A stretch of 64,000 nt of DNA from Sphaerodactylus townsendi (taxonomy: Eukaryota), in the NCBI RefSeq assembly GCF_021028975.2, contig NC_059432.1, positions 91,140,001 to 91,204,000 of the forward strand, read 5' to 3'. The notes below the pieces were generated by a model, which saw nothing but the letters and a program-made list of their open reading frames with translations, did no database searches and was not told the origin of the DNA. Every line of letters starts with the position of its first letter. Position 1 is the stretch's first letter. The translations under genes and the position numbers were made by a program. This document shows positions 24,901-38,499 of this stretch, one piece after another.

Positions 24901-26964
24901 TGCTAAATTGATTTTTATGCTACAAATATGTTCTCAGTTACTTCTCAAGACAACTATTATATTCCATGTATTTAATAAAATTATGCACCAAACCTGTGTA
25001 TGTTAATTACAGTTTCTTATGGAAATAAATGTCTTACATCAATCCAGTTACACACAACGTCCACAATTCTTTTTATAGCTAATGCACTTGCGCATCAAAT
25101 ATATGTAATTTGTATCATTTTACATCCTTTGTTTGCCTGCATAGCAATCATACAACTAATGTCCATAACGGAGCAAATAATATATCTCCACCATATGCAC
25201 ATTGCATTAAGGCTTCATATCAAATATACTATGGGGTTCCAGTTATTTTCCTATTTCATGCCCAGAAAGGTTACTTCCTCAGGTAAAAACCCCAGCACCC
25301 CAGCTGAGCCTTGTTAGTCTGTAAAGATTTTCAATATTTCTTCTTTCACATCAAAATATTAAATGCAAATTCAGTATCTCACACTGTAGTTTCTCCCTCT
25401 AGCTTGCCATTTTCCAAAGGCAGGGGATATAATTTCTAGTGTTTCAGGAACATTAATATTCTTTTGCTAAACTGACAGTCTATTAGTTATAATGTGATAA
25501 GTGGGCTAATGGTAATGAAGGTTGCAGTGACAATAATTTAAAAATTGGCTTCAAAGATGAAATTATTATCTGCATACCTCAAAATAAAGACAGTGAATAC
25601 CAATGTATGGCTTAACAAGGGCTTATTAAAACTTCTGAACGGTTCTTGAAAACTCAACCAGTTCATATAGGATTCCTGGGAGGCTGCCCAATTGAGTTTG
25701 CCAACAAGCGGGCAAATCACCCTGGCTCAAAAGCTCAGTGTGTCCAACAGCCATGCCTTGCTTTTCCTTCCTTACATCAAATCATGCAGAAAGACTCTGT
25801 CCATTCACCACTCCACACCATGCAGTGTATAGGGTCAAGAGATAATGTGCAGTTCCAACGTACTTTTCCAAGCCCAACAGTACCATATAGCCCAATAGGG
25901 ATGGTTTGGATGCCTGCTCCATTCTTCGATGTCTCAGAGTGCTTGCCAGTCTGAACAACAACAGAGGTCATCTTGCATTAATCCTGACAATTCCAACTGA
26001 GGCATTAACAATCCCTAACAGACTGGGCTTATTTAGACTACCCTCCCAGAAATAGCCATGTGAAGAAGGCAAAAAAACAGATAACCACCAGGGCCAATCT
26101 GAGCAAAACCTTTAAAAAAGGCTTTGGTCACACAGCAACCAGTGAATTCCACGCTGCTGCCTGGAAAGGGGTGAGTGGGAAATTTGAGGCAGAGATCGGT
26201 GGAAATACTATATATAGACAGACTGTACTGCTGCCTCATGCCAGGCAGTTAATGACTGCAAGCCTCCCAAACAAGTGCACTTCTATTTGCATTTAAATCT
26301 CTCAGTGGGGTGAAGTAGGCAAATTCTCTCCCAGGCCTAGCTTGGGCAGGAATCATGTTTTCATAAAGAAGTTTTGTCATAACAAAGGGGAAGGTAATTT
26401 TCCTGATTTTCCCGCTTCTTCTGCAGATATCTGACTCATGCCTTAGCTTCCCTATCTCCCAATAGCAGTGTTGGCGGCCATTTTGGATTGTGCTGAAAGA
26501 TATGGGAAATTCCTGTTCTGTTGACGAAAGTCTCTTCTATTGGCAGAATTTTTCAGTGTATCCAATCCATTGTAGTGAATCTGGCTTCCAAGACACAGGA
26601 CACAGAGAGGTCGTTTTAAGCACAAGGTTTCTAATACAAAATACGGGAAACTGGTGAGGTGAACAGAGAATAGAAGTGGAATAGTGATAAAAGTTCTGTA
26701 GAAAAGTTCAGTGCTAAACTGGTCTGTGGCAGTGGAGTCAAAAGAAAACTTCTGCCTCCTGTGCTGCGTTATATATTTTTATTAAAGCACATTAATTTTG
26801 GTAAACTATAGTCTGCTTTGCCAAGGACTGAAGTAAAGTGAACAAAGGCAAGCATATAAGAGCAGCTTTTGTTTTAATATAAAAATTAAAGGCCTCAGTG
26901 CGATCTTCATCCTAAAATTATATACCATAGTTTATTCAAGCAGGTTTTACAATAAGAATAGCTA

Positions 26965-27160
26965 ACTTTGAGTCCATTAGCACCTTAGAGTCTGACATGA
27001 TATTTTAGCTATGTGCTTTTGATAGTCAAAGATCCCTTTGTCAGATTCCCTTCAGACCTTTTTGAAAATGCATACCCCAAATTCCTTGCACATCTCTGAG
27101 CTGCTGTTGGTCTTGAATCATGCCCTTCTGCTGCAGACCAACACTACCCCTGAAACTATC
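26965..27160. mobile_element. Degenerate Penelope-like (second family) inverted termini
   Basis: Minus strand reads ctgacaaagggatctttgactatcaaaagcac (decayed CTGANGA...GAAAGC core). Related copies near 59860 and 61525. Confidence 0.5.
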
Positions 27161-28709
27161 AATAAGGACTAGTAAATAATTGTGAAGTTCATTGGTATAA
27201 GTTGTTGATGTTTTAGCACTCTCCCTGATTGGTGTTGTCATTGATTTTCTAGCAGCTCAGCTCAAACAGTCCTGGCAGCTGTGGTAAGGATATGGGTGGA
27301 GTTGAATCCACAGGATCTGTTTGCATTGCACAGTTCTTAATCCACCTAGAATTAATGCACACAAAAACCTCTTTTTGTGCCTGCATGTCCCCTTTCTGGA
27401 CTGGGGTGCCAAGTTCAGTTTCTTTGGGCATGATCTTTAGTCCTGCTCAATAGTCCCTCTAATAATTCCCCAGTGCTGTGCGTAACCTACCAGTGCTGTG
27501 TAGAACTGGGCTACCTAGGAGAGTTCCTGCTGTCGAGCAGCCCCTTGTCTGCATGGCACCAATATTGTGTTTGCTTGGCCTATGGTGGGCTAAAGGAACC
27601 CTGTTTGGAGGACAGTAGGTTCCATCTCAGCCAACCCTTGGAGTGCCTAGCAATGTAGTGCCAAAATGGGGAGCCTATTTTTTTTCATTGACTCAGTGTA
27701 CCCACAAGAAAAAAGAACTATAGCTGGATTTGTCTTCTTCCAAATCAGCCCTGATAATTCTTCTCTCACACCCTTTATGACAGGATTAAGTGAACACAAT
27801 GCTCTTGCCCCGGAAAGCGTTCCTATCTCCAGCCCTGAACCATACACCCCTGTGAAGACAATGGATGTATTAATGTGCTTGCCTGCCCAGTGTTATTCTA
27901 ACCAGTTCTTCTTCTTCTAACTAATATCTTTAATGACTACCTCATTTCCATTGTCATTGTTCTATAGCTGTAATTTCATCAACTACCTTCCCCCTTGGAG
28001 GCACTCCCGAGCATGGAACATCAAGCTGATGCCTCAACATATTAGATCAACAACCCAGCCATTAAGTTTGATGCCTGTCTCTTGCCCTTCCCTGGAAAGG
28101 CAGGACATTCTCTTGTCCTTCCCTGGAAAGGCAGGACATTCCCTGGAAAGGCATTTTAAAAGGGAGAGACTCCCACCACTCTGGGTAACAGCATGGCTTA
28201 CAGGGGTACTGTTCAAGGTGGCATGTAAATAGAATTACCATTTGACATCATGAGCTATGTTACATCACCAAGGCTTTTAGGTAGCCACTCCCAGTTATGT
28301 GGTGGCCAGGATGCAAGACATCACAGAGACCTTGTATTTACATATGGCTGTGATTGTGATTTATTTTAAGGTGATGTGATTTAGACAAAGTAACGTGGCT
28401 TTTTATGGTTCAGGTGTAATCTCCAAAAGCCACAGAGAGCTTGCTTTCTACAGTGGTAATTTTCAGAAGATGAAGGAAAACTGGCAGAAGAGACAGCTGA
28501 CTCTGGAGTTTTTACAGCATTACTGTAAAATTTAGGATTTGTTTGTGTTCCACTTAATTTTAAATTTGTATCAGAAGGATAAAATCCACTTACCTCTTCA
28601 GGCAGGAGAAGTTTTTTGGTGAATGATTTTATATTGCTAGTGTTTTCACATCACATACTTGAGTTTATGTGACTCTTGTCTGGGCAGACATAAATATGAT
28701 TTCTGTGGC

Positions 28710-28840
28710 NNNNNNNNNNNNNNNNNNNNNNNNNNNNNNNNNNNNNNNNNNNNNNNNNNNNNNNNNNNNNNNNNNNNNNNNNNNNNNNNNNNNNNNNNNN
28801 NNNNNNNNNNNNNNNNNNNNNNNNNNNNNNNNNNNNNNNN
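28710..28840. other. Assembly gap (N run)
   Basis: Contiguous Ns. Confidence 1.
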
Positions 28841-30183
28841 AGGGGAATGAGAGAAGGAAGATTTCAGATATTTAATAGTAGGAGGATTTAGCCTATGTAG
28901 GCAGTCTCCACATTAACTGGGGGAATTAACTGTGGAAACAGAGAGTGAGAGGGGATAACTGGGATCAGTAGCCTGTGTCTGATAAAGAAAACAAGAGTGG
29001 AAGTTGGATAGGGTTTGGGGATGGGTGACAATTACAAGTCCTGAAGGGACATCCAGTGAAAGCAGCGCTGAAGAAGAAAATGACTGGTATTTCCAGTTGC
29101 TAAAGGAAGAGCCCTCACACAGGTGGGGGGGGGGTGTGCGCAGATCCAGAAGGCACATACTATGAATGGCCAAAGGGCCAATATTTATAACCCAAAATGG
29201 GTCCTGAGGCAGGTAAGTTTACAGGTAAGCTTACAGGAAAGGTAAGCTTACAGGAAAGCCATAGGCAAAAAACTGATTGCTTTCAACAATCCAACAATAA
29301 GATATGAGAGGTCTGATGAGTCATCAGGACCCAAGAAAATGCCTGGACTATTCTAATGAATACTGATTGATTGCTGGGTTGGGTACAGGTAGAATAATTA
29401 ATGGTCTTCTTGGAATGCTTATTAAATCACCTTAGTATGGCACAATGGAGATTAGCTAGCCCCATTTTCTGGCCAGGCACATTTTAGGGTCATGGCAGAA
29501 GTTTTGCAGCCAACCACTGTCCTGCTCAGGCTTGACACACTAGATGGATCCCCAAATTCTCTGAGAGGCATCCATTTTGTGCAGAGCAGAGTCTTGCTTA
29601 TATGCCAGAATGGTACCCTTTAGTGGGAGGAGGGAGTCTGGCTTCTTGCAGAGGTTTATGAATTTCTTTCAAATTCAAGCAAATTAAACAACTTTTACTT
29701 TCAAATGGATGTTCTCTTCAGTACCATGGACAGTGCAGTGTTCTCTGAGCGTGTGACTTTTGCAAATACTTTGGGTGTGTGTGTGTAAGGTTTATTCTGT
29801 TTAAGCTTCTTCTTTAGAAGAGCACGTTAGAAGTCCCTGCTGAGTTTTTAAAAAGAATTTTGCATCCTCAACAATATCTGATGATCCTTTGGCCGGAAAT
29901 TCCAGGGACTGAACCATAGGCTTTACGCACGCAAAGCCTATGGTGAGCAACGGTTTGGTTTCCCATGGTGAAATGTTCCAAATGTAAACTTAGAAGCATC
30001 AATCATGTGGAAAGAGTACATCTCCCCACACAGCCCAAAATGTTTCCCAAATGGATTAGAGGGGAGTCTGAAATATGTGGCAAGAGGGGAGATTTGGCAG
30101 CTGGAATCCCTTGATGGATCTAACCAGCAGTTACTTTCTACAGAGTCAGACAATTGCCACATCCAACCAAATATTGTCTCCTG

Positions 30184-30493
30184 CAGATGCCCTAACCTTT
30201 TCGAGCCTGGAGGCACCTTTGGAAATCTGACACAATGCAGTCGACTGCAACAGGAGATAGAGCCAGCCATCCAATGGCTGTCCCAGCTTACCATTAATCA
30301 CACATTAAAGAACCTTGTGCTTGTGGTGGTAGCTGCTGCCAAAACAACATGTTTAAAAAACTGCATTGCCAATCAAATCTCCAATGGTCCATCAGAAACC
30401 TTGCTGGGCAAAATCACCATCTGGCCCTTAAAAAAAACATGTGTTGGGCACTAGGGTGCCATGGCATTCATGGCAACATATTGAAGACCCCTG
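30184..30493. mobile_element. Old hAT-like MITE
   Basis: cagatgccctaacctttt ... ttgaagacccctg Charlie-like termini; TSD degenerate. Confidence 0.45.
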
Positions 30494-31468
30494 ACCCACT
30501 GCCAGCCTGCCAGCATCTCCTTGAGGCTCACTCAGAGATGTTTCCCAGTCCTGTTGCTTAAGAGCCTTTCACTTGAACTGCCAGGAATCAAACCCAGAGC
30601 ACACAGACCGTGTGCGCTGCTACCGAGACATGTCCCCAAATATACAATATTTGATCAAATCACAATGAGTTGCGTTTCTGGAACCATGAACCCATAATGG
30701 TAGCTCTCTATCTACCCCTTTTTGAATATCTCATTGATTCTGAACTTGATATAATTTAATTTGCTACACTACAAGTTGCATGGTTAGGATCCCTTTATGG
30801 AAGTAGGGTAGTTCTCTGCACTGTGAACAAGTTGCTGCATAAATTCGAAATAGCCTGCTGAGCTGATCAAATCATAGAAATTCCATGTAACCTTGTACTC
30901 TGCAAACAGCTTCGTCTTGTATCTGTAGATGAGCATACATTTACTGCCAATTTACTTTTCCTTGCATTTGCATTTATATTTAATTGGAAAGGAACAGCTC
31001 TAAGCATGAGTCTTATCGTTTCTCTCCAATCTTGCCTGCCCCTTGGTGAGACACTTTTGCGCAAGTTTCCTCTGCCTCAGCACAATATGCTGACATTTGT
31101 TATAACCTCGTTGGACTTAATAAGACCTTTCTAATAACGTGATGAGTCTGTATCTCCATATAGCACTTTAACTTGACTCCATTAAAAACTGTTCACTTCA
31201 ACTGCACCAAGGTGGCAGATTCTTGAGAAAACATCAGCTCAACTTTAATCTAGTCATGTTGTGGTAAATTTTTAGAGATGCAAATCTTACAACTACCAAA
31301 ATAGCAACTGTTGCAAGGGAGAAAATATTTGCATCTAACCAAATGTACTGAAAGGTCAATATGTTATCAAACACTGCATGTTTCCAAATGGTTTTCCCCC
31401 CTTTGTTTTCAAATGATATGTGATTAAGTGCTGTGGGTTTGCAGTGAGAACACCCAGAGATACATTGG

Positions 31469-31540
31469 GAGCCAGCGTGTTGTCGTGGTTTAGACTGGTG
31501 GACTCTTATCTGGAGAACCTGGTTCAATTTGCCACTCAAG
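31469..31540 (+). mobile_element. Squam3 SINE 5' fragment
   Basis: gagccagcgtgttgtcgtgg...atctggagaacctggttcaatt. Confidence 0.65.
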
Positions 31541-31544
31541 GGAA

Positions 31545-31676
31545 GTAATTGTACCACTGTACAATTGGTCAGACCTCACCTAGAGTACTGTGTTCAGTTC
31601 TGGGCACTACAATTTAAGAAGGATATTGAGAAGCTGGTAAAAGGTCTGGAATCCAAGCCCTATGAGGAGAGGCTTA
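31545..31676 (+). mobile_element. CR1 LINE ORF2 fragment
   Basis: Translates [37 protein letters not shown], a hallmark of the CR1 ORF2 C-terminus. Confidence 0.9.
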
Positions 31677-31830
31677 GGCTGTTTCCACACAGCCCAATAA
31701 CAGCACCCCAGGGATGGTAAAAACACCATCCTTGGAGTGCTGTTCACACAGCAGGCACTGCTGCAAGAAACTGCAGTGAAGAAGGGTGATAAGGACAAGG
31801 GAAAGGGGAGTAGCTCTCTTGCCCAAATAA
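31677..31830. mobile_element. Truncated Harbinger-type element (6433 family) abutting the CR1 fragment
   Basis: TTA|ggctgtttccacac...agggatggtaaaaacaccatcc matches the left ends of the 6433 and 41227 elements. Confidence 0.65.
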
Positions 31831-32243
31831 TTTTTACTGTTCAGTGCCTTTGGTCATGAACTCTTGCATGCTTGTGAGTGAGAATCTGCATAAGTCATTC
31901 AAAAAGAAGATTGCATCCAGACTCAATTGGCAATTTCTACTGATCTTCCCTTCAATAGCCCCCCCCCCTTTCATCTCAGCATTCCCTATCCCCCAGAGCA
32001 CCTTTTTATGGAGATTTTTGAGCAGGGAGAAGCAGGACATTTTCATTCTGCTGATGGAAAATTTAGTCTGGATCCAGCCCAGATTGATAATACGGAGTTG
32101 AGAAAATTTCAAGTTAGAGAACATGGCGGAAAATAGAAAAAGCAACTGGGAGGCAAGGTAGAGGCCCAATCTGATATTGATGACTGTTTTCTTAATTTTG
32201 ACTATTACTCTATGCTCTAAATTTCTCTGGCATTTATCAGACA

Positions 32244-32423
32244 GGCCCCTTCACCGTCCTAACTTTCTGAGGCAGGCTGAACGCACTCTGACTGAGCTGG
32301 TCAGATTTCCTGCCTTTTCTTAGTGAATGAGCTGCTTGGGATGGTAGCGTGATGTGATTTATAACTCAGTCAGTCTGAGTGTGTTCAGCCTGCCCCAGAA
32401 AAGTTAGGAGGGTGAAAGGGACC
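32244..32423. mobile_element. 180-bp MITE with ~55-bp terminal inverted repeats
   Basis: ggccccttcaccgtcctaactttctgaggcaggctgaacgcactctgactga vs tcagtctgagtgtgttcagcctgccccagaaaagttaggagggtgaaagggacc. Confidence 0.8.
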
Positions 32424-34045
32424 AGTCACAACCTGCAGCCACACTTCCAAGAGGTAACCCAGACATTTGGAATCTCCATTATTTTTGATGCCTCTTGAGA
32501 GGCACAAGAGGACTGAGGAAGGGTGGGCAATACCAGAGAAATTGGGCAGGATGAGAGGGTCATCTGAATCCTTCTTAATTACTCCCTCACAGCCCAGACC
32601 CTTTTGACTTCATAGTGTGTATCGAAATATAAAGAGAAACTGTGTTCAATTTCACACATAATAAAACTGATGGATATCGATAGAACCATCTGCCTCCTGA
32701 GGCACATTTTAAAGGTCTTGTTAAATTTAAAATGAGCAAATACAGGTCAAGATTGTGAGTGAGGTTTTGGAGGGGGGTAGGTTTGGAATTCGCCTTGTAA
32801 AAATTCTTCTAATCAGCACTGTACACACTAGGACCCCCGCAGAGCATTCTGCTACAAAGAAGGTCCAGGAAATGGCAGATTAATAGACAAGATTTACTAT
32901 CCTTTTTTTGTGTGGAGAAGAGTGTAATTACTTCTTCTGCAACTTGCATAACTTGCTGAAAACACAGGACAGGCACGATGAACCAATTTTTTGTGAGCCT
33001 CATTTGCAAAAGAAGAGCTATGGAACCTCTGGATAATCTGGGGCTCTCATCGTGGTTTTGTGTCACCTGTGATTTTGAGATGAATGTTTCATTTCACTAA
33101 GAGAGGATCCGGACATGACAGCTGTTGGCTATTGAGGGGGTATTTAGAAATTTGTGTGAAAAATTGGAATAATTAACTCCCTTGCACTTCACAGACAGAA
33201 AGGGGCTCAAGCAAAATTGCTCCCAGTTTCCTTCACCATTATATTCCCATGAGCTGTTTTCAGCTGTATAATGTGAGTTCAGGAAGTATAATCACACTGT
33301 ATTTTGGCTGAAATAAAGGACGCTTCTGAAATTTGCCTCATCCAAAGTTCCCCCAAGGCTCTGGCATGTCGAATTACCTTGTCTTGTTATCAACTTCACG
33401 AAATTACCAAATAGCTCCCAGAGTGAGAGGCAATTTGCCACTGCTTTTCGTTTCTTCAGTTGTTTTTGCCCTTTATGTTTCTCTGCATCCCTGATACACA
33501 TGTTTGCATGGATAAAATATTGCAGAAAAAGCGATCTGAATGTGATCCTATGTATGATTGCATCAAGATTCTTTTCGTGTGCTTTTTTATTGAGGCACAC
33601 GCATGCATTGCTTTTGCTCTCTCTGACATTCACACCACTTCTCCAGCAAGTTTGAAGTTGTGCTAAAGGTGACGGAAGGAGAGAAAGATCGTAGCAGCGA
33701 TTACAGGTTTGGTGGAGCACAGCAAGAACCCAGATCTATTTCCTCAAGAAGTCCAGGCATTCATATCAAGTTAATGGGGCATTTGAGTCCTCCCCTTGAT
33801 TCCTTTTGCCTTCATGGGTTTGCTTCAAACTATTTCACCACAATAGCTTCATGACCAACAAAAAGAAAGGGGTGGAGTTGGGAGAGTGATCCTCAGTATG
33901 AGAAGTGAAAGTGCATCCATCAAATCCAATAGAAACTACCAAAAACACATTCAGTAGTGTGAGGATATGCTCCCCGCTCCCACCTCATCTTGGGAAACCC
34001 ACCCTACCATCTTAGCATCTGCCCAAGGCAAAATGCTTTCACTTT

Positions 34046-34186
34046 GGCTCATTCTGCACATGCAGAATAATGCACTTTCAAACTGCTTTCAGTGCTCTTT
34101 GAAGCTGTGCAGAATAGCAAAATCTACTTGCAAACAGTTGTGAAAGTAGTTTGAAAATGCATTATTTTGCGTGTGTGGAAGGGGCC
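34046..34186. mobile_element. 141-bp palindromic MITE (family A)
   Basis: Near-identical to 2752-2892; TSD TTT/TTT. Confidence 0.88.
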
Positions 34187-35322
34187 TTTGTCTCTCATGC
34201 ACAGCACCCACTGCATCTAGAATATCTTTACAAACTTACACGGACATACCCCTCAAGAAAAATTGTACACAGGCTTATAGGCAAATTTTGGCTTTGACTG
34301 AATTATCCTCGTAGAGTCCATGATGTCACAAAGCAAACTGGGACATATCCTGAATAGGCTACCCATGACAGTTTACATTATAAATTGTACACTGAGGAAT
34401 ATACAGTGTCTCCTGTAAGTTTTCTTGACTACCAATATGAACATCTACTTAAAAGTTTATTTGAAAAATTCATGGACGAAGGAACTGGTAAAACCAGTAC
34501 GCACTATTCCCCAAATGTTAGCCAAATTATACATCCCGGTGCTGCAACAGAAACAAAAATATTGAAGTATCCCCATGGTGGCCATTTTGTCACCATACCA
34601 ATCACCCTTTCTCAAAATTCCAAAAATGCCCACAGGTTTAATGAAACTGAAGAATAATATAAAAAAAGATGAGTCTGGGGGAAATGTGTTTACCTGTAAC
34701 TGAAACAAAATGGGAAATTAGTGTAATCCTAGGCATATTTAGTCAGAAATAATGCCAGTTACATTGTGCACAGCTTGTTTTATAAAGTTTTTTTCATGAT
34801 TGTGGCTTTAGGTAGGATTTAGCCCTGCCCAGCTGTCTCAATATTACAGTATGCAGATTCAGTATGTGCAAAGACATCTCCAAGTGTGCATACATGCAGA
34901 ACAGGACTCTGGATCACTAGAGCTTCCCTTCTCACTTCAGTGAACTACAAATCCCTCCATATTGCTGGGTTTCATTACAAATATGTATGCTAGTGCTGGG
35001 AAATGAATTAGATGTTTATCCAACTTAAAACAGGAATGAGATGCAAATATCTGCTTTGCAAATACAAATTCAGCTCCTGTCATTCAGGCATATATTTTAA
35101 ACAGAGGATATGTGACGGATGTGGAGACAATAAGATTTAGTAGTTGGACTAGGATCTGGGAGACCCAAGTTGTGATTTTCACACTGGCACATACTGTGAC
35201 CTTGGGCCTGCCACCCCCACACAACTTAAACTGTCCCTGAACATCAGTGTACCAACTTATGTTTGTCAAAAAAGTAAGGGAGAGGAGCGATACGTAATGA
35301 CTGAGCTGACATTTGTGACATG

Positions 35323-35747
35323 GGCTGTTTCTGCGTGGCCCAAAAAATCCACTAAAAGCAGCGTTATAGGCGGAGAGTTTGCACGGCCGTCGTGGCAACA
35401 CTCAAGCGGGGCCAAAATGGCTTAATTGAATGTTGCTCAACAGGCGAGGTTTTTCAACAACAGTGCTCCTCAGCCGTAGCCGTGCAAAGTGGCTGGCAGG
35501 AATTGGTGCTGCAGTGCCTGCCCCCCACAATGGCGGCCCACACTGGCCAATCCTGGTGCCAAATGCCTGTGACGTCTACTCTGGGGAAAAAAGAATGTCG
35601 TTTGCAAAGTGCAGCTATATGAAGCGCCGGGATTCAGCCAATGCGCTGCCTGTCAAAGGAGTGTCTGACCATGCGAACACTCCATTCCAGCACTGCTGCC
35701 AATAACACCAATGCCACAGTGGTGTTATTGGCTGTGTAGAAGCAGCC
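35323..35747. mobile_element. Harbinger-type non-autonomous element
   Basis: TIR GGCTGTTTCT / AGAAGCAGCC, flanks atg/ctg; locally CpG-rich. Confidence 0.65.
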
Positions 35748-36431
35748 CTGGACTTACTTTCTATGATGAAAAGTTATTGCCTTTAAGTATATTTAATATT
35801 ATAAAAGACGGTGTTTCAAAATTTTACCCTTGGACTCCTTTATAAGGAAAATGCATTTTTCTAAGTTCTGACTAGAACTGTAATTTCTTTGCTGGAATTA
35901 ATAAATTCTTTTTAAGACAATCAATTTTACGCAATCAAAATATTCAGCATGAAAATTTTATGTAAAAGAAATTCTGCTGCAGTGGACAATCATTCTTGTG
36001 CATTCTGTAGGCATATCCATGTTTTCAACGATGCAGTCATTGTTTAAATATGAGTAATTTTGTCCACAATATATCTCCAATGTGCATGATGACAGTAGAT
36101 GGTGTTTTAAAGTTCATTTTCCAAATATTTCTCTAATCCTAATGTGACTGTATGCTTCTATCCTAAGCTACATTTCCTTTTGTTATTTACATGGAAGAGG
36201 CAGTGCTAAAGACCTCCCATCTCAGGGGATCATATATGGCGAGGGAGGAGGCCAAGGGGTCTTGGTGCCGGGCAAGGCAAATAGAGGCAGCATCAGTGCT
36301 TGAACACAGGAGGCACCCAGTCAACTCCACAGTAGCCCACTGAGGCAAGGCACCCATAGGAAAACCAGGGGCCATTGGTTTGCTTCAAACCAAGATGGGT
36401 TTCAAGCAAGAAGGTACAGAATAGCTTATGA

Positions 36432-36783
36432 CAGTGGTGGCGAACCTATGGCACGCGTGCCAGAGGTGGCACTCAGAGACTTCTCTGTGGGCACGCGCGC
36501 ATAGAGTTCGTCATGTAGGGGTAGTGGAAAATCACACACACACACCCCACACACACATATCTAGGCTGGCCTTGCTTCTGAGTAAACCCTCCTAGGGTTG
36601 TGATTCACCCATTCGAAGTGTTGCACAGTTGCTTCACCAAGCTCATTCCCGAGTAACACGCGCCTCGGAGCAAACTAAAACCTCAGTATTCAGGTTAAAT
36701 TGCCATGTTGGCACTTTGCGATAAATAAGTGGGTTTTGCGTGGCAATTTGGGCACTCCGTCTCGAAAAGGTTCGTCATCACTG
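36432..36783 (+). mobile_element. hAT1-like non-autonomous hAT element (352 bp)
   Basis: TIR CAGTGGTGGCGAACCT / AGGTTCGTCATCACTG; perfect 8-bp TSD GCTTATGA. The 3' subterminal ttcaggttaaattgcc...ggcactttgcgataaataagtgggtttt resembles the recalled hAT1/nhAT1 consensus. Confidence 0.88.
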
Positions 36784-38144
36784 GCTTATGACCAGCGACA
36801 AGCCAATCAGCATCAAAATAGCTAGAAATGCCTCATGCCATTTGAAAAAGTCATTTACACCACCTGAATATCAGGAATTAGTATCCAGGGCATTTGTAGC
36901 ATTGTGTTGTGATACAAAATACATGTAGTGCATGATCCCAGATTGGTTGGGTTCACAAATGAGGAAGAACTGAAGGGGGAAATGGTGTCACAGCTGCAGA
37001 ATGTCAGGAGAAAAATGACCAGATGGACCCTCGAAGGTGAATATTCTCAACATTAGGGGTTCCTAGGAACTTTTAAAGGGGGGAGGGGTCAGAAAATGGG
37101 ACCAGGGGATCGTTCAGCACAGTCCTCATTAAAACATTGCCCTACGATGCATCAGCTTCTTTGTTTACTAGTCTGGTATTTTGGAGGATTGTTTTGCCAT
37201 GATTTTTGCCCACGTGGAAGGAAGGGAATGACATCAGGTCTGGTAAAATCTGGGTATAACAGACAGAAATGTGTTTGGAAAGAAATTCTCCATTTAGAAG
37301 CTTTTGTTGTTAATAAATATAGACCAAATGGGTGTGGAGAACACAAGGAACATAATAGATCCTTTTCAACTCCAGGTGATTTGAGACCTGCAAGTTTTAA
37401 CTTGCCTGCATTAATTAATCCCCCACAACAATACAGATGATCCTCTGGCACTTGAAACAAAGAAAAAAAAAACAGGTTGATGAAACCGAAATGTAATTTT
37501 ATTGATCACTGAATGTATTTCTTTTTGTTAGAGAAGGGAGCATTTATAGCGCTGAAGTCTGAATACTGGAAAGCTAAGGCTTATTAGTACAGTGCTATTT
37601 ATATTTAGTGGGGGAAAGCTCCAGTCTAACTATACCAGTTGCCATATCAACATTGAAAGTTGGTTGGTTCACTTTAGAAGCATCTTTTTATAAAAAGCAC
37701 AGGAGTGCATCTCCCCAAATGCAGTCTGCTGTTCCCACTTGTTCCCAAAGGAGACTGGCTTATTTTGGTCCTTATAAACACGTTAAGAAAGAACTAACAC
37801 TTCTGAAAAATCAAAGAATAACCACTTGCAATTTCCTAGCTTGTCTTCCTGCTGTTATGAATTTAAGATACCAGTTGCGTTTGCTATTCTGGTACCTGCG
37901 CAATTCTAAATATATCAGAATAAATAGCTTTTCTTCTATTGTTTGAATGTTTTCCTGTGCATATAGAATGTAATAAATCAAAGACAGACCAGGTTTGAGA
38001 TTAAGAAAACAATTTTTTTTCTCTTAAAGAATATATTCATTTTTTTCTGAAAAGTAACTCCCCTGCATCACAGGTTGGCCAGGGGTTGTTGACTGGTTTC
38101 TCTGAAGGGTTCTGTGTTCATTGGCAAGATATGGCCAACACACA

Positions 38145-38256
38145 GGGCACTTTCACACATGCTGAATAATGTACTTGCCATCCATTTTCAATGCACTTTG
38201 CAGCTGGATTTTGCACTTTAGTGGTCATCTGCAAGTGTATTTTGGCATTTCACACC
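38145..38256. mobile_element. Degenerate family-A-related MITE
   Basis: gggcactttcacacatgctgaataatg...caatgcactttgcagctgg. Confidence 0.55.
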
Positions 38257-38499
38257 AGGCCTAGCATTGCATAGCTCTCACCACCATTGTGTTTCAGAGT
38301 GATGGTAGTAATGTCACTGATAAGGACTTTCTCCAGCTCCAGGTTCAACTGTACGCTTTTGACTTGGGTACGCTTTTGACTCTAGCATTTCTCACCTCCT
38401 TCCCAACCCACTTCAGCCTTGAGGGTTCTCCAAATGCTGCTTCTGGGGGACGGGGTGTGTGCATTTGTGTGTGCATATTAGGCAGCTGTAGGAGTGATA

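Noticed and set aside
30005-30454. 149-aa ORF
   Set aside because: Largely overlaps an old MITE; no recognisable domain or splice context.
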